Made by a program: the position numbers and the translations under genes. DNA of 64,000 bases from Octopus vulgaris (Eukaryota): the NCBI GenBank assembly GCA_951406725.2, contig OX597823.1:49848001-49912000 (forward strand). Reading direction: 5' to 3'. Below are positions 25,184 through 38,346 of the stretch, in pieces. Each line of letters starts with the position of its first letter. Within the stretch, counting starts at the first letter, position 1. A model generated the notes under the pieces. The model was not told the origin of the DNA. It ran no database searches and was given only the letters and a program-made list of their open reading frames with translations.

Positions 25184-25906
25184 ACATGCATGGGTGAGGG
25201 TGGGTTGGTGGTTGTGACTCCCATAGCAACAGTAAATCCCAATAAGTAATGACTTGAACAGACAAACCATCCAACTCATGCCAGCATGGAAAGCAGACAT
25301 AAAATGATAATGATGATGATGATATGGTAGTGGTAGTGAGGGTGGGTGACAATGATGATGATGGTCGTGGTGGTGGTGGTGGCGGTGGCGGCGGTGGTGG
25401 TGGTGGTGGGGTGGTGGGGTGCTGCTGCTGGTGCTGCTGTTGTTGTTGTTAAGCAACAAGACAGGTAAGGGTGATTAGGTGATGGTCTAGGGCTTAGGGG
25501 CAGGAGACTCCAGACCTTAGAAAAAAAAAACTTTGGTCATCTTGTAGTCGGGAGCTCTTTGTTGACACCCGATACCACTGGGAGGTGACCCTCGAAGTCG
25601 CTGGAAATGGAGATCTCCAGGTCCAAATTCTTGAATGGCTGGTGCTGGGGCTGGTGATGATGGTGGTAGTAGTGGTGATAATTGTGGAAGTGGTGGTGGT
25701 GGTGGTGGTGGTGATGGTGGTGGTGGAGGGGCAGAGGCAGTGGCAGCAGTGGCAACAGTGACAGTGAGAACAAGCATGACAATGACAATGATGATGACAA
25801 CAACAACAACATCAACAATGATGATGACAAAGACGACGACTTCGATGATGACAATAGCATACATCCATACGCACACACATTTATTGTAGAGCCAAGATAT
25901 CTCTCT

Positions 25907-27240
25907 GGCCTTAGAATCAACCTAGCCAAAACCAAAGTCCTAATAAGTAGGAAGGTAGACCAATCTCAAACGCCTTCAGGTAGATGGCCCTGCTCGATCT
26001 GTAAAAAAGGCGTAGGTAGAAACTCTATAAGATGCACCAAATGTAAGCTATGGACACATAAGAGATGTAGTAATGTCAAAGGAAGACTAACTAGGAAAAT
26101 AGTTTTTATCTGTGGCAGATGTTCAGGAGCAATAAACTCTGAAAATATGCAGAGACCAACTTCTACCACGTTCCAGGGAGAAAAACTAGAAGTAGTTGAT
26201 AGCTTCCGCTACCTAGGTGACCAAGTCAGTAGTGGGGGCAGGGTGTGCTGAAAGTGTAACTGCTAGAGTAAGAATAGCCTGGGCAAAGTTTAGAGAGCTC
26301 TTACCCCTGCTGGTGACAAAAGGCCTCTCACTCAAAGTAAAAGGCAGACTGCATGATGCATGTGTACGTACAGCCATGCTACATGGTAGTGAAACTTGGG
26401 CTGTGACTGTTGAGGATTTGCGTAAGCCTGCAAGAAATGAAGCTAGTATGCTCCGATGGATGTGTAATGTCAGTGTTCATAATCGACAGAGTGTAAGTAC
26501 CTTGAGAGAAAAGTTGGACCTAAGAAGCGTCAGTTGTGTGCAAGAGAGACGTTTGCACTGGTATGGTCATGTGACGAGAATGGCTGAAGATAGTTGTGTG
26601 CGAAAGTGCCACACCCTGGCAGTTGAGGGGAACTGTGGAAGAGGTAGACCCAGGAAAACCTGGGATGAGGTGGTGAGGCACGACCTTCGAACTTTAGGTC
26701 TCACCAAGGAAATGACGAGAGACCGAGACCTATGGAAGTATGCTGTGCGTGAGAAGACTTGGCAAGACCAGTGAGAACAGTCAAAATCAAAATCAAACCA
26801 AATCAAATCAGATATCAGAAAGCAGAACCAAAATTGAGGTCGATCAACATCAGTAGAAATTGCAGCTGTGGTTAAGCGAACCATCCGATTGTGGCCGTTG
26901 CCGGCGCCGCCCTGTCTGGCCTCCGTGCTGGTGGCACGTAAAAGCACCATCCATTCGTGTCCGTTACCAGCCATGCCTGGCCCCCGTGCCGGTGGCACGT
27001 AAAAGCTCCATCCGTTCGTGGCCGTTTGCCAGCTCCGTCTGGCACCTGTGTGGGTGGCACGTAAAAAGCACCCACTACACTCACGGAGTGGTTGGCGTTA
27101 GGAAGGGCATCCAGCTGTAGAAACACTGCCAGATCAGACTGGGCCTGATGCGGCCTTCCGGCTTCGCAGACCCCAGTTGAACCGTCCAACCCATGCTAGC
27201 ATGGAAAGCGGATGCTAAATGATGATGATGATGATGATGA
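25907..27240 (+). mobile_element. 5'-truncated RTE-clade LINE: RT C-terminal half with embedded PHD-type finger, one frameshift, 3' UTR and (GAT)n tail
   Basis: 25907-26240 reads GLRINLAKTKVL...CSICKKGVGRNSIRCTKCKLWTHKRC...FICGRC...VVDSFRYLGDQVSSG. A frameshift near 26240 leads into ORF 26217-26774 (RVRIAWAKFREL, LHGSETW, RRLHWYGHV, GRGRPRKTW). Confidence 0.93.
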
Positions 27241-27520
27241 CACTCAGTGTTTTTGCATTTACCACTGTCTACATATTCCCATAATGAAACTACAACTAAC
27301 AGAATGAGTGCATTTATAAATAAATTATAGATAGTTGGTCTGTTGTTAGTGAGCTAAAGAAAAAGGACTTCAATTTACATGATATTAAAGAAGTGAAATA
27401 GTGAGTGAAAGGTTTGAGTATATGCAGGTGAAGTAATTGTATCTAAATATCAATATGATTAATAAAATATGCAAATATATATATACATCATGTACATATG
27501 GATGCGTGTGAATGTGCGTG

Positions 27521-27591
<71 letters not shown>

Positions 27592-27689
27592 AACATGTAT
27601 ATATGTATATGACACCTGTTGTTATGTCCTGTTATTATTATTATTATTATTATTTTTATTGTATTTTTGTATTTATATTTATGTAATAT

Positions 27690-27965
27690 CATCTGTTTTT
27701 CCGTCCTTGTTTTCGTATACATTCGATGCTTTCTTCCAAGGAATCTAATGCTCTTAGCTTAGTTTTCCCTTGGAGCTGGCCAGATTGGAGCAATTTCAAG
27801 GTTAATCAGCTGAAATTGTGAGGATGATCCGGTTCTTGACTGAGGATAAAAAGCTTCAAATGACCCATCCTTGTTTTTTTGTATCGTCTATCTGGATGTT
27901 TTGTTGTTCCTTTTTGTATCACTTAGTTGTCTGGATGTTTTGCATTCTTGTCCCATTTTGTATTT
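27690..27965. repeat. Unclassified interspersed repeat between TA-rich microsatellites (possible Penelope-like end)
   Basis: Higher-complexity island with an internal duplicated TCTGGATGTTTTG, flanked by TA/TTA runs. No second copy in the window. Confidence 0.3.
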
Positions 27966-28281
27966 TATATATATATATTCAAATACGAATGAGAAGCAGC
28001 TTAAGGTATATAAACCAACCCATGAACTAACAACACATACACACCTTGTGTATGTATGTTCATTTTTGTTTATATATATATGTAGAAAGTTGGAAATGAG
28101 GAGATGTGTATATATATATGTCTATTTATATCTATTTATATCTTTGTAAATTTGCATACATGTGGTGTATTAAATATGGGTTTATATATATATATATATA
28201 GGTGTGTGTCTGTTCAATATATATGTATATATTTCTCTCTCTCTCTATATATATATATATCTATATATCTGTATGTGTGTC

Positions 28282-28352
<71 letters not shown>

Positions 28353-28499
28353 CTATATATTGATATATATACATTCATACATATACATATATATATATAG
28401 AGAGAGAGATAGATAGATACATACATACATGCATACATACAAGCACAGATGTGACTTTGTAGTTAAGAAGTTCACTTTGCATCCATGTGATTTCAGGTA

Positions 28500-29265
28500 A
28501 TGTTCCGTTATAGGCCCTATTGCATTTCAAAAAACATTTAACATCTCTTTTTCTGCGGGCAGTTGAGTCATGAATTTCTTTTTTGCTGGCTCTTTTGGAT
28601 GTTTCCAGTTCATACCCTACCTATTGGGTTGTGGCTCAAAGTGATGGACCCAGGTCTCACCTCTTGTGACTATTCTCTCCCAGAAAATTCTTTACCTTCA
28701 TTGTTGAAGTTGTTGACAGGTCTTGACACAATTGTGCTTATGCACTTAGCACCCATCTCATACAGACTTTAAAGCAAGTGAAGCTTGTCATGGATGATTT
28801 CTTATGCAGAACCATGATTAATTTGCAGAGAACATTCTACCTCATTGATAGTCATTGGTTGGTTTGCTAGTACTGTCTCTTGAACTGTCAGTGATGGGGG
28901 ATGATGGACATCCTGCTCCTTCCATCCATTTTAAAACTTTACAATTCACTCGTGCACACTTCTGTGCAGTAGAGTTCTGTCCCCAATATTATACTGAAAT
29001 CCTGTGATGAATTTCAGCCTCTGATATACCTTAAGACTAGAGAAATTGGATCGCTTATCTCTGTTCATCCTTGATACACACTGCCAACAGAGCAGCTATG
29101 TTTACTCTGTGATACAAGAAAGAAAGAAAATTGGAGTGACCAAGGTCAAATCTTGAGTATGTAACCACAAGAGTACATCCTTTTAGTACATGAGCACTGA
29201 AGGCAGTGTGGCCAACCTAAAGAAAGTTTTGGTGAAAGTATAGATAATTCTTGACTTCCTCTTGT
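28500..29265 (-). mobile_element. Highly decayed mariner relic
   Basis: The minus strand near 28630-28675 translates to IVTRGETWVHHFEP, matching the mariner IVTGDETWVH motif. The right end finishes CCTCTTGTA. Confidence 0.6.
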
Positions 29266-29297
29266 ACATGTATGTGTGTATGTGTGTGTGTGTGTGT

Positions 29298-29571
29298 AAG
29301 AGGTAGACCTAGGAAGACATGGGACGAGGTGGTGAAGCATGATCTTTGAATGTTTGGGCCTAACAGAGGTGACGACAAGTGACTGAGGCCTTTGGTGATA
29401 TGCTGTGCTTGAGAAGACTTGTCAAGCTAAGAGGAATCATAGTTGTGGCCATTGGCATGTAAAAAGCACCCATTACACTCTTTGAGTGATTGGCATTAGG
29501 AAGGGCATCCAACTGTAAAAACCATGCGAAGTCAGTCTGTAACCTATCACAGCATGGAAAACGGCTGTTTA

Positions 29572-29625
<54 letters not shown>

Positions 29626-29632
29626 GTGATGG

Positions 29633-29667
<35 letters not shown>

Positions 29668-29668
29668 A
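29298..29668 (+). mobile_element. RTE LINE 3' fragment with long (GAT)n tail
   Basis: AGAGGTAGACCTAGGAAGACATGGGACGAGGTGGTG (RGRPRKTWDEVV) followed by the family 3' UTR. Confidence 0.85.
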
Positions 29669-30780
29669 TATGTATATATAGTCATCTAAGAAAGAGTCCA
29701 TAAATCAGAAAAACTGGCACTCATATATTTGTCAATAGAATAAATATATTATGTTATTATGTCAATAATAAAAACACACCACTTGTTTTATGTCACTTCT
29801 TTTATTATTAGTCAGTTAGTTAACTGTTTAACCAATTAACAAATCAATTGTTTTATTAATTGCTCAGTCAGTAAATCAATCAATCAGTTTTCATCTAAGT
29901 GCTTTTATTGCCTTCCATGATCTGATGAATGTCATGCCCTCTCAACTCCATGCCTGGTTTATTCAGATTTGTGTTCTCATTTTGGTTGTTGTTTATGGTC
30001 TCAACACTTCAACCATTTGTACCCTCTGGCCTTCTTCAATAATGTTTTTAGAATTGTAAACCAAACTCCTTCTTCAAAGCACAGGAGTAGATTGTTCCCC
30101 CATTTGTGGTTCATATCTAAAATGTTCTATGATTAGTTATACTCATAATTATGATGACACTTGCTCATTCTGGAGTTTGTTTCTGTTTTTTGTTTGACTG
30201 ACCTAGAGATTGATCTTGCATGCACCAGTTACACTGCAGCATTGAGCATTTGTTTTATCCCCATTTATATACACTGGGGCACAGGTGCGGCTGCATGGTT
30301 GAGAAGCTTGCTTCCCAGTCATGTCGCTTCAGGTTCAATCCCACTGCCTGACACCATGTGCAAGTGTCTTCTACTATAACCTCAGACTGACCAGAGCCTT
30401 GTAAATGGATATGGTACAAGGAAACTGATATATACATGTATGTATGTATGTATGTATGTCATTCAGTTTTATTTCATGATTTTTTGCCAATAGAGAAAGA
30501 GCTGGTTTCTTACCTAGATCCAAAGTTCCTTCATTGGAATTTTAACGTCAACAGGGTATTTTTGTATGTATGTATATGTGTTGATTTGTATGTTTTATTT
30601 TATGTATATATTCTCATGCAAATAGTTTCATGTCTAGATATGTTCATATATACTTAAATGATAAACTTCTGGAAAGTTTTACAGATTTTTACTGTTCCAG
30701 GATGAATTGGATCTGTAGGCTCCATAGCTTGTATGCACATATATATGGATGGATTGGTGTGTGTGTGTGTGTGTGTGTGT

Positions 30781-31000
30781 TTCTTATTTCTTTATTGCCC
30801 ACAAGGGGCTAAACATAGAGGAGACAAACAAGGACAGACAAAGGGATTAAGTCGATTACATCAACCCCAGTGCATAACTGGTACTTAATTTATCAACCCC
30901 GAAAGGATGAAAGGCAAAGTTGACTTCGGTGGAATTTGAACTCAGACGAAATACTGCTTAGCATTTCGCCCGGTGTTCTAAAGTTCCTGCCAGTTTGCTA
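30781..31000 (-). mobile_element. Family B SINE
   Basis: Reverse complement of the 15060-15243 unit. Confidence 0.85.
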
Positions 31001-32246
31001 TTGTGTGTGTATTTCTTTGGATTCATGTCTAGACATCACATGATGGCTGTAAATGAACCTCATCGTCACACAAACAAGGTTGTTTATTTCCTGTCTCCTG
31101 TGAAAAATATCTCTAGCAATGAGAAAATATTACTTTGCTTGGAAATGGGTGAGTGTTGGTGTCAGTAAAAGCATCTGGCAGTTGAAAATCTGCCTCAACA
31201 AATTCCGTCTGACACATGCAAGCTTAGAAAGGTGGACATTAAATGATGATGATGATGATGAATAGGATCATAATGATGTGAAGCATGGACCCTAAGAGTG
31301 GTGGTCACTAAATAATTGAGGGAATTCAAGATGACATGCCAAAGGGGAGAGCTGACCAGCTGAGTGATCTTTTGAACAGACAATTCAGTCTTGGAGAATA
31401 GAAATGGAATGAAATTTCATAATGATGGTCAAACTGCAAAGACTGCAATATTGTGACTACATTATGAGGGCTCAGAACTGTTGTGCTCACATCTTGAGGA
31501 ACCCCTGGCATGATGATATGAAGGACTGGACATGGAGGACCTTGGCAGAGTTTACAGCTACTCTATGAAGCCACATTGTATATTGTAAGGCATGCTGGTA
31601 TCTGAGGCTACTGAACCTCTGTGTACTGAACCTCCACATCACAATCTATTCTCACTACATGTAGCTGGTCAAATGCTCATGGGCATTTGACTTGTTAGAA
31701 ATCACAAGAGCATTTGGCCTACTAGAAATTATAGCCAAATCTTTGCCACATCCTGATATCTTGCTAAAGGAAATAAGACATTGGGCAACGAGACATTAAG
31801 CAAAGATGGGTGGCCATGCTTGGATTGTCTTTGATCATAGGTTGCTTTTTTTTTTGTTCTGGGCAGATTTAGATGGGGGTAAAGGTAAAGGCAAGGTAAA
31901 GTTACCTTCTCAAGTCATACCAGTTTCCCGGTTTCATGATGTATATATTCTCCACATGGATGAGACACTGGTCTATCGCAGGATTACTCATTTGTGCCAG
32001 CTGAGTGGACTGAAGCAATGTGAAATGAAGTGTTTCGCTCAAGAACACAATGCAAACCCCCAGACCAGGAATCAAAACCACAATCTTACAGTTATGTGTC
32101 CAACACACTAACCACTAAGCCACTTGCCTCCATCTAGATGGAGGGGATTCAAAACAACAACACTTGTTGCTGCTTCTAAATTCAATATGAATGCCTAAAT
32201 TTAGTGAAATTCCCTAACTGGAATGTCTAAATTGTATATGTGTATC

Positions 32247-32287
<41 letters not shown>

Positions 32288-32929
32288 CACTTGCATGTAT
32301 GAGTGTGCTTGTTTGCTCATATTAATCATAATAATTTCAATAATAAAAATGATTTCACACTTTGGAAGCAGGCCATAAATTTAATTGACCTGGAAGAATA
32401 AAAAGCAAAATTGAACACCCAAGAGAGACAAATGATGAATGCAATTTGTTGTATTTCATGACTGAAATAATTATAATTCTTTCAAATTTTGGTACAAGGC
32501 CAGCAGATTTTGCAGGAGGGGATAGTCAGTTTCATTGACCCCTGTACCTGACAGGTAATTTATTTTATTGATTACAAGAGGATGAAAGACAAAGCTGACC
32601 TTGATGGGATTTGAAATCAGAATGTAAAGAACTGGAAAAAATGCTGCTAAGTATTTTCTCTGATGTGCTAACAATTCTGCCAGCTTGCCATCTAATAATC
32701 CTATCTACTACAGGGACTAGGCCTGAAATTTTGGTGGAGGGGGTTAGTCAATCGCATTGACTCCAGTATTCAACTGGTACTTAATTTATTGACCCTGAAA
32801 GGATGAAAGGCAATATTGACCTCAACGGAATTTAAACATAAAGAGAACATAAAGATGGATGAAATGCCACTAAGCATTTTACCCAGCATGCTATCAATTC
32901 TGCCAGCTCACCACCTTATCTTGCTATCC

Positions 32930-32982
<53 letters not shown>

Positions 32983-33027
32983 CAACAACAATAACAATAA
33001 CAATAACAACAACAACAACAACAATAA

Positions 33028-33595
33028 TGGTTCTATACACACTGGAGGCTATGCCAACGCTATGGAATGATAAGAGAAAAAGATGGTATAGGCAGACCCC
33101 AGAAAAGGTTTCAGAAAATGACAAAGCAACCATACTCTGAGATATACCAATACATACAAACAAAGGAATCAAGGCTAATAGACCAGATATAGTTGTCAGA
33201 AATCACCAAGAGAAAGAATACTGAATCAATGTATCATTACCAAGAGATGACAATATATCTTTAAAAGAAACAGAGAAACTCTCAAAATACAAAGATTAGA
33301 AAATAGAGGTAACCCAAATGTGGAGTCTAAAAACAGAAACAGTCCTTATAATAATAGCTGCACTAGGCATGATTAAAAGACATTCAGATAAATGCATAAC
33401 CAAATAACCAGGGCTTATGAATGTATATAACATACAGAAAATAGCACTACTAGGCACTGCGTACATCCTATGTAAACCTCTTTCAATACAGTGAAAATAA
33501 AAGCACCACAACAAACCACAGCACATACCCAATGTACACAGAACTGTGTTCAGTAGTGCAGTGAAAGCACATGATGAAAATAAGACTACTGTATG
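33028..33595 (+). mobile_element. R4/Dong-type non-LTR retrotransposon 3' fragment (restriction-like endonuclease)
   Basis: Translates in pieces to PEKVSENDKATIL, KANRPDIVV, LKETEKLSKYKD, IIIAALG and QKIALLGTAYIL. Preceded by (AAT)n(AAC)n. Confidence 0.8.
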
Positions 33596-33606
33596 ATAAT
33601 GATAAT

Positions 33607-34172
33607 ATGACAGTGTTGTGAGAATGATCCATCGGGAGCTCTGCGGAAATTATAACCAAGAAAGATCAAAGATGTGGCATGACTAAATCCTAGAAGGAGT
33701 TACTGAGAATGAGGATTGCAAAATTCTGTGGGATGAAATGATTCAGTCAGATTAGACATCAGAAACCTAACATTATTGTGGTGAACAGAAAAGTGAAAAA
33801 ACATGCCTGATAATTGACATAACATGTTCTGATGACAACAGGATCAAAGAGAAAGAAGAAGAACTTAACAACTACAATGATTTGAAGTGAGAAATATGCA
33901 GGTTGTAGGCAATAAAGTGAGTTGAGATGATAGCAATAGTAATTAGAGTATTTAGAAGTATCAGCATTCAGCTACCAATATTTCTCAAAAAGATTGGTAC
34001 GAATGTAAAGATGGAACACCTACAAAAATTCTCATTGTTTGGAACTGCAAGAGTTCTCTGCAAGGTTCTTGAAGTATGATCAGTAAACAAGTGTCACTGT
34101 AGTCTGCTGTATGTTGAAAGCTAACACATTCCATTATACCCAGCAAAATAAGCTGAGGGTTTTCATCAAACA
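33607..34172 (+). mobile_element. R4/Dong-type 3' fragment
   Basis: Pieces ENEDCKILWD, CLIIDITCSDDNRIKEKEE and GTARVLCKVLEV; same subfamily as 35815-36416. Confidence 0.8.
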
Positions 34173-34214
34173 ATAATAACAAAAACACCAACAGCAATGA
34201 TGATAAGAGGACAA

Positions 34215-34535
34215 AAATAAACAATGTAACATCGTAGATTTTGCAACTCCCTATGATAGCGGAGTCTAAATAAAAGAAATTGAAAGAAAATGAGAAATAT
34301 CAGGATCCAGCCAGAGAGCTGAGGAGGCTGTGGAAGACCAGGACAACAATTATTCCTGTAGTAATTGGTGCATTTGGCACAACACTCAAAATACTGCCTA
34401 AAAGACTGAAAAAGTTTGGAATTGAAACTCATGTTGTTGTCCCACAGAAAAGTACTATCCTGAAATTCAACAAGAATCCTAAAGAAGATTCTTGAGCTTT
34501 GAGGATACTTGTTGCCTAAAATAGCATGCACTGGC
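34215..34535 (+). mobile_element. R4/Dong-type 3' fragment
   Basis: IVDFATPYD, plus ORF 34280-34495 EKYQDPARELRRLWKTRTTIIPVVIGAFG. Confidence 0.75.
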
Positions 34536-34591
34536 ACAATAATAATAATAATAATACTTATAATAACAATAACAATAATAATAATAATAAT

Positions 34592-36415
34592 AGATCTGTT
34601 TGGAATTGCGAGTGATGTAATGTGTTTCCAGAAGAGAAGTATGGTTGGATGGAAAACTGACTGACATCTTATTGAAAGAGCTTGGGCACTCTGGGTATCA
34701 GAAGAGAAATTTTCCTGGGTGACAGCCTTTCTCCATTGTTTTTCTTTCTCTGCATGATAGTCCTGACCTTGGTACTCAGGAAAATGAACCTGGAGGTACC
34801 AACTAAAGGGAAAATGCCAAACAGTCAACCACCTCCTCTTCGTGGATGATTTGAAACTGTATGGCAAAGATGAGGCACAATTGAGTTCCTTGGTGAACAC
34901 AGTCCACTGTTTTAGTACTGATATTAGAATAGAATTTGGACTCAAGAGTGCAATGTAATCTACCTATAAAGATGCAAGGTACAGTCCCTAGCCGGGATAG
35001 AATTACCAAATAGAGACTTGATTAAGCAAATTGAAACAGAAGGATACAAATACCTTGGTGTACAAGAATGCAATGAGATAATGGAAAAGGAAATGAAAGA
35101 GCAACTGAGAATGGAGTATTTTTGAAGACTGAGGTTGGTGCTGCACTCAAAATTGAATGGATGAAATAAAATCCAAGCAGTTAATACATGAGCAATAGCA
35201 TCACTTCGGTATGGAGTGGGAATTATAAAATGGTAAAAGAGAGAAATGAAGAAAATGGATAACAAGACCAGAAAAATGTTGACAGTATATGGAGCCTTCC
35301 ACCCTATGAGTGACACTGATAGGCTGTACTTGTCCAGAAGAAAGGGTGGGAGAGGTTTGATCAGTTGCCAGGTCTCTATCGAAGCAAAGGAAAACAGCCT
35401 AGGGTGGTATATAAAAAATGCCCTGCAGCCACTGTTGAAACATACAAAAAAAGGCTGACATCGTCAAAACTGAAAATTGTGTAACTAAAGAAAAATTTAA
35501 ACAAGAAATGAACAAAAAAAAAAGAAGAAAAAGCATGGAAAGAAAAATATATACGGTCAGTTTACAAGAGATGTGAACGTCAAGACAGATACAGAGGACC
35601 AGTGGCTATAGATGAGGAAGAGTGACCTGAAGATAGAGACAGAAGCACTCATATGTGCAGCTCAAGAACAAGCATTAAGGACCAATTATATGAAGTGCAG
35701 AATTGACAACCCTACCGATAGCAACAAATGCAGAATGTATGGTGAAAGGAGTGAAGCAGTATAGCACATCATTAGCGAATGCCCGAAATTGGCACAACGC
35801 AAATACAAATGATGCCATGACAATGTGGCAAGAATCATCCATTGGAAGCTCTGTAGAAATCATGACCTACAAAGAGCAAAGACGCAGTATGAACAAACCC
35901 CAGAAAGAGCCACTGAAAATGAGAACTGCAAAATCCTGTGGTATGTAATGATCTAGTGCGATCACCTGACCAGACATAGGAAACCAGACATTGTTGTGGT
36001 GAATGAATAAAAAAGAACATATTTGATTATCGTCATAGCATGCTCTGATAACAACAAGATCAATGTGAAAGAAAAAGAAAAGATATAAACAACTATGACA
36101 ATTTAAAGTAGGAAATATGAAGGTTGTGGTCAATGAAGAGAGTAGACATGATACCAATAGTTATTGGTGCACTTGGAAGTATCACCACTCAACTACCAAC
36201 ATGGCTGAAAAAGATCGATACAAGTGTGAAAGTAGAACACCTACGAAAAGCAGCATTGCTTGGAACTGTAAGAATTCTTCGCAGGGTTCTTGAAGCCTGA
36301 CCAGTAAACAAGTGTCAACTTAGTCTGCTGGCTGTCTGGACAGTCTGCTGAACAGACTGCTGGACAGCTGACACTTTCCATCATATCCAGCAAAATAAGT
36401 AGTGAGTTTTCATAA

Positions 36416-36416
<1 letters not shown>
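34592..36416 (+). mobile_element. 5'-truncated R4/Dong-type non-LTR retrotransposon (RT, zinc knuckle, RLE), inactivated
   Basis: VNHLLFVDDLKLYGK (RT catalytic motif), GYKYLG, DRLYLSRRKGGRGL, LICAAQEQALRT, CRM...HIISEC, RKPDIVV, IPIVIGALG and LLGTVRILRRVL. Multiple stops and frameshifts; (AAT)n on both flanks. Confidence 0.9.
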
Positions 36417-36495
<79 letters not shown>

Positions 36496-38106
36496 CAAAT
36501 TTTGGCACAAGGCCAGCAATTTCAGGAGAGGGGTAAGTCAATTACATCAACCGCAGTACTCAACTTATATTTATTTTAGCGACCGTGAAGGGATGACCTC
36601 AGCAGAATTTAAACTCAGTACATAAGGTCAGACAAAATGCTGCTAAGCATTTTTCCTAGAACGCTAGTGATTCTGCCAGCTCATTGCCTTCATAATATAA
36701 TAAATGGTTTCAAGTTTTGGCACAAGGCCAGCAATTTTGGAGAAGGAGGTAATTCAATTAGCTCACCCCTAGGATTCAGTTGGTACTTAGTTTATCAACC
36801 CCGAAAGGATGAATAATAATAATAATAAAAATACATAAATAAGACGTTATCCTCCAATCAGTCCTGAAGAGCAGCAACTCTGAATAAGAAATAGCTCAGA
36901 CTGAGACAACCTGCAACCTATGCCAACATGGACAGTGGACATAAAAGATGATGATGATGATATTTCTATGATGATGAAATTTCTATCTATACAGTCTCTC
37001 CTGAAGTCACACTATACAGTCACACTAAAGTCCAGCAAGATTCTTGTTAGTTAAGACAATATTCCTTTCAAAATCAGTCCAGTAATTATTTCAGGAACAT
37101 TATTATAGAAACATTATTCCTTGTTCACAATGTGATATTCCACTGTGTGGTATCTTGTTTTGAACTCCACCACACTAAAGTCAATTTTTGAATTCACATG
37201 GTTGTAAATACATGAAGTTGAACTGACCTGTACTTATAAGTGATCTTATTCAGGAATGATACTGCATGAGTGTCCTTCACAGGGATATAGTTAAGGCAAA
37301 TAAACAGTACTTGCACAAAAGCAGTTGATATAAAGATATGCCAAACGTTATCGTGCACTGAGTGCTGACTTCAATTGGCACAATTACCGTTGCCATACTG
37401 GCAACTAAATGGATCACTGCCATAAACTGGCTTATCCGGTTGATGTAAATGTATGCCCAACTATTGTCATGCACTAATTGCTGATCTCAGCCAAGATGAT
37501 TACCGTCAATGCAACCTAGTTGCTTGATTTAAAAAAAAAAACTCATTATCATGGGGTTAAAGACAGCAAGGGGAATTTAGCTACTATTTCTGACAAGGTG
37601 GTTCAGTAACTAAATCCACACAAAAGCTTCCACATTGACTCAGTAAGTTGTAACAGAAATAGTAATCTCTCTGCTGCAAATATGCTAAGTTCCTGATGGA
37701 AGTCAAAAATTGCCTGTAAATGTTGCCATAAACCGGTGATTAGTTCAATTACCTCCATAAAAAGTGGGATATAAAGTTGTGGTGTTCACACTGTTTTATT
37801 CTTTTATTCTCTTTTCCTTTTCTTGTTTCAATTATTAGAGTGAGGCCATGCTGGGGCACCACCTCAAAGAATTTCAGCTAAATGAATCAACCTTAGGACT
37901 TATTATTTATTTATTTATTTATTTGGTACTTATTCAATCGGTTTCTTTTGCAGGACCACAAAGTTATGATGATGTAAACACAAAAACACCAGTTGTCAAG
38001 CAGTGATGGGATATAAACACAAGCACATACACACATGTATATAATGTATGAGTGAGAGGACAAACAAAAGAAAGGGGTACTCAACACATTTAGTAGGAGT
38101 TACATG

Positions 38107-38277
38107 TATTATTTAAAACGGTCTGATTTGGTTCCATGTTACTTCAAGTTTCACAGGCCCTAACGGGGGCCTGACACTCTGAGGCACCTGGCCAAAAGCC
38201 TGAGGGACACAGGCTCCTATTAGGAGCCTGTGAAACTTGAAGTAGCATGGAACTAAATCAAACTGTTTTGAATAATA
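38107..38277. mobile_element. Inverted-repeat element with degenerate hammerhead-like motif (Penelope-like remnant)
   Basis: About 57-bp inverted arms at 38107-38163 and 38220-38277. Plus-strand 38200-38250 reads CTGAGGGA-C-ACAGGCTCCT-ATT-AGGAGCCTGT-GAAA-CTTGAAG-TA. Confidence 0.55.
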
Positions 38278-38285
38278 ATAATAAC

Positions 38286-38346
<61 letters not shown>

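Noticed and set aside
27839-27875. CTGAGGA motif as a possible hammerhead core
   Set aside because: No GAAA box and no convincing stem II in this copy.
34166-34945. 259-aa minus-strand ORF
   Set aside because: Antisense read-through of R4/Dong fragments and an ATT microsatellite.
37389-37405. Palindrome GTTGCC-ATACT-GGCAAC resembling an RFX X-box
   Set aside because: The 5-nt spacer exceeds the 0-3 nt consensus and there is no promoter context nearby.
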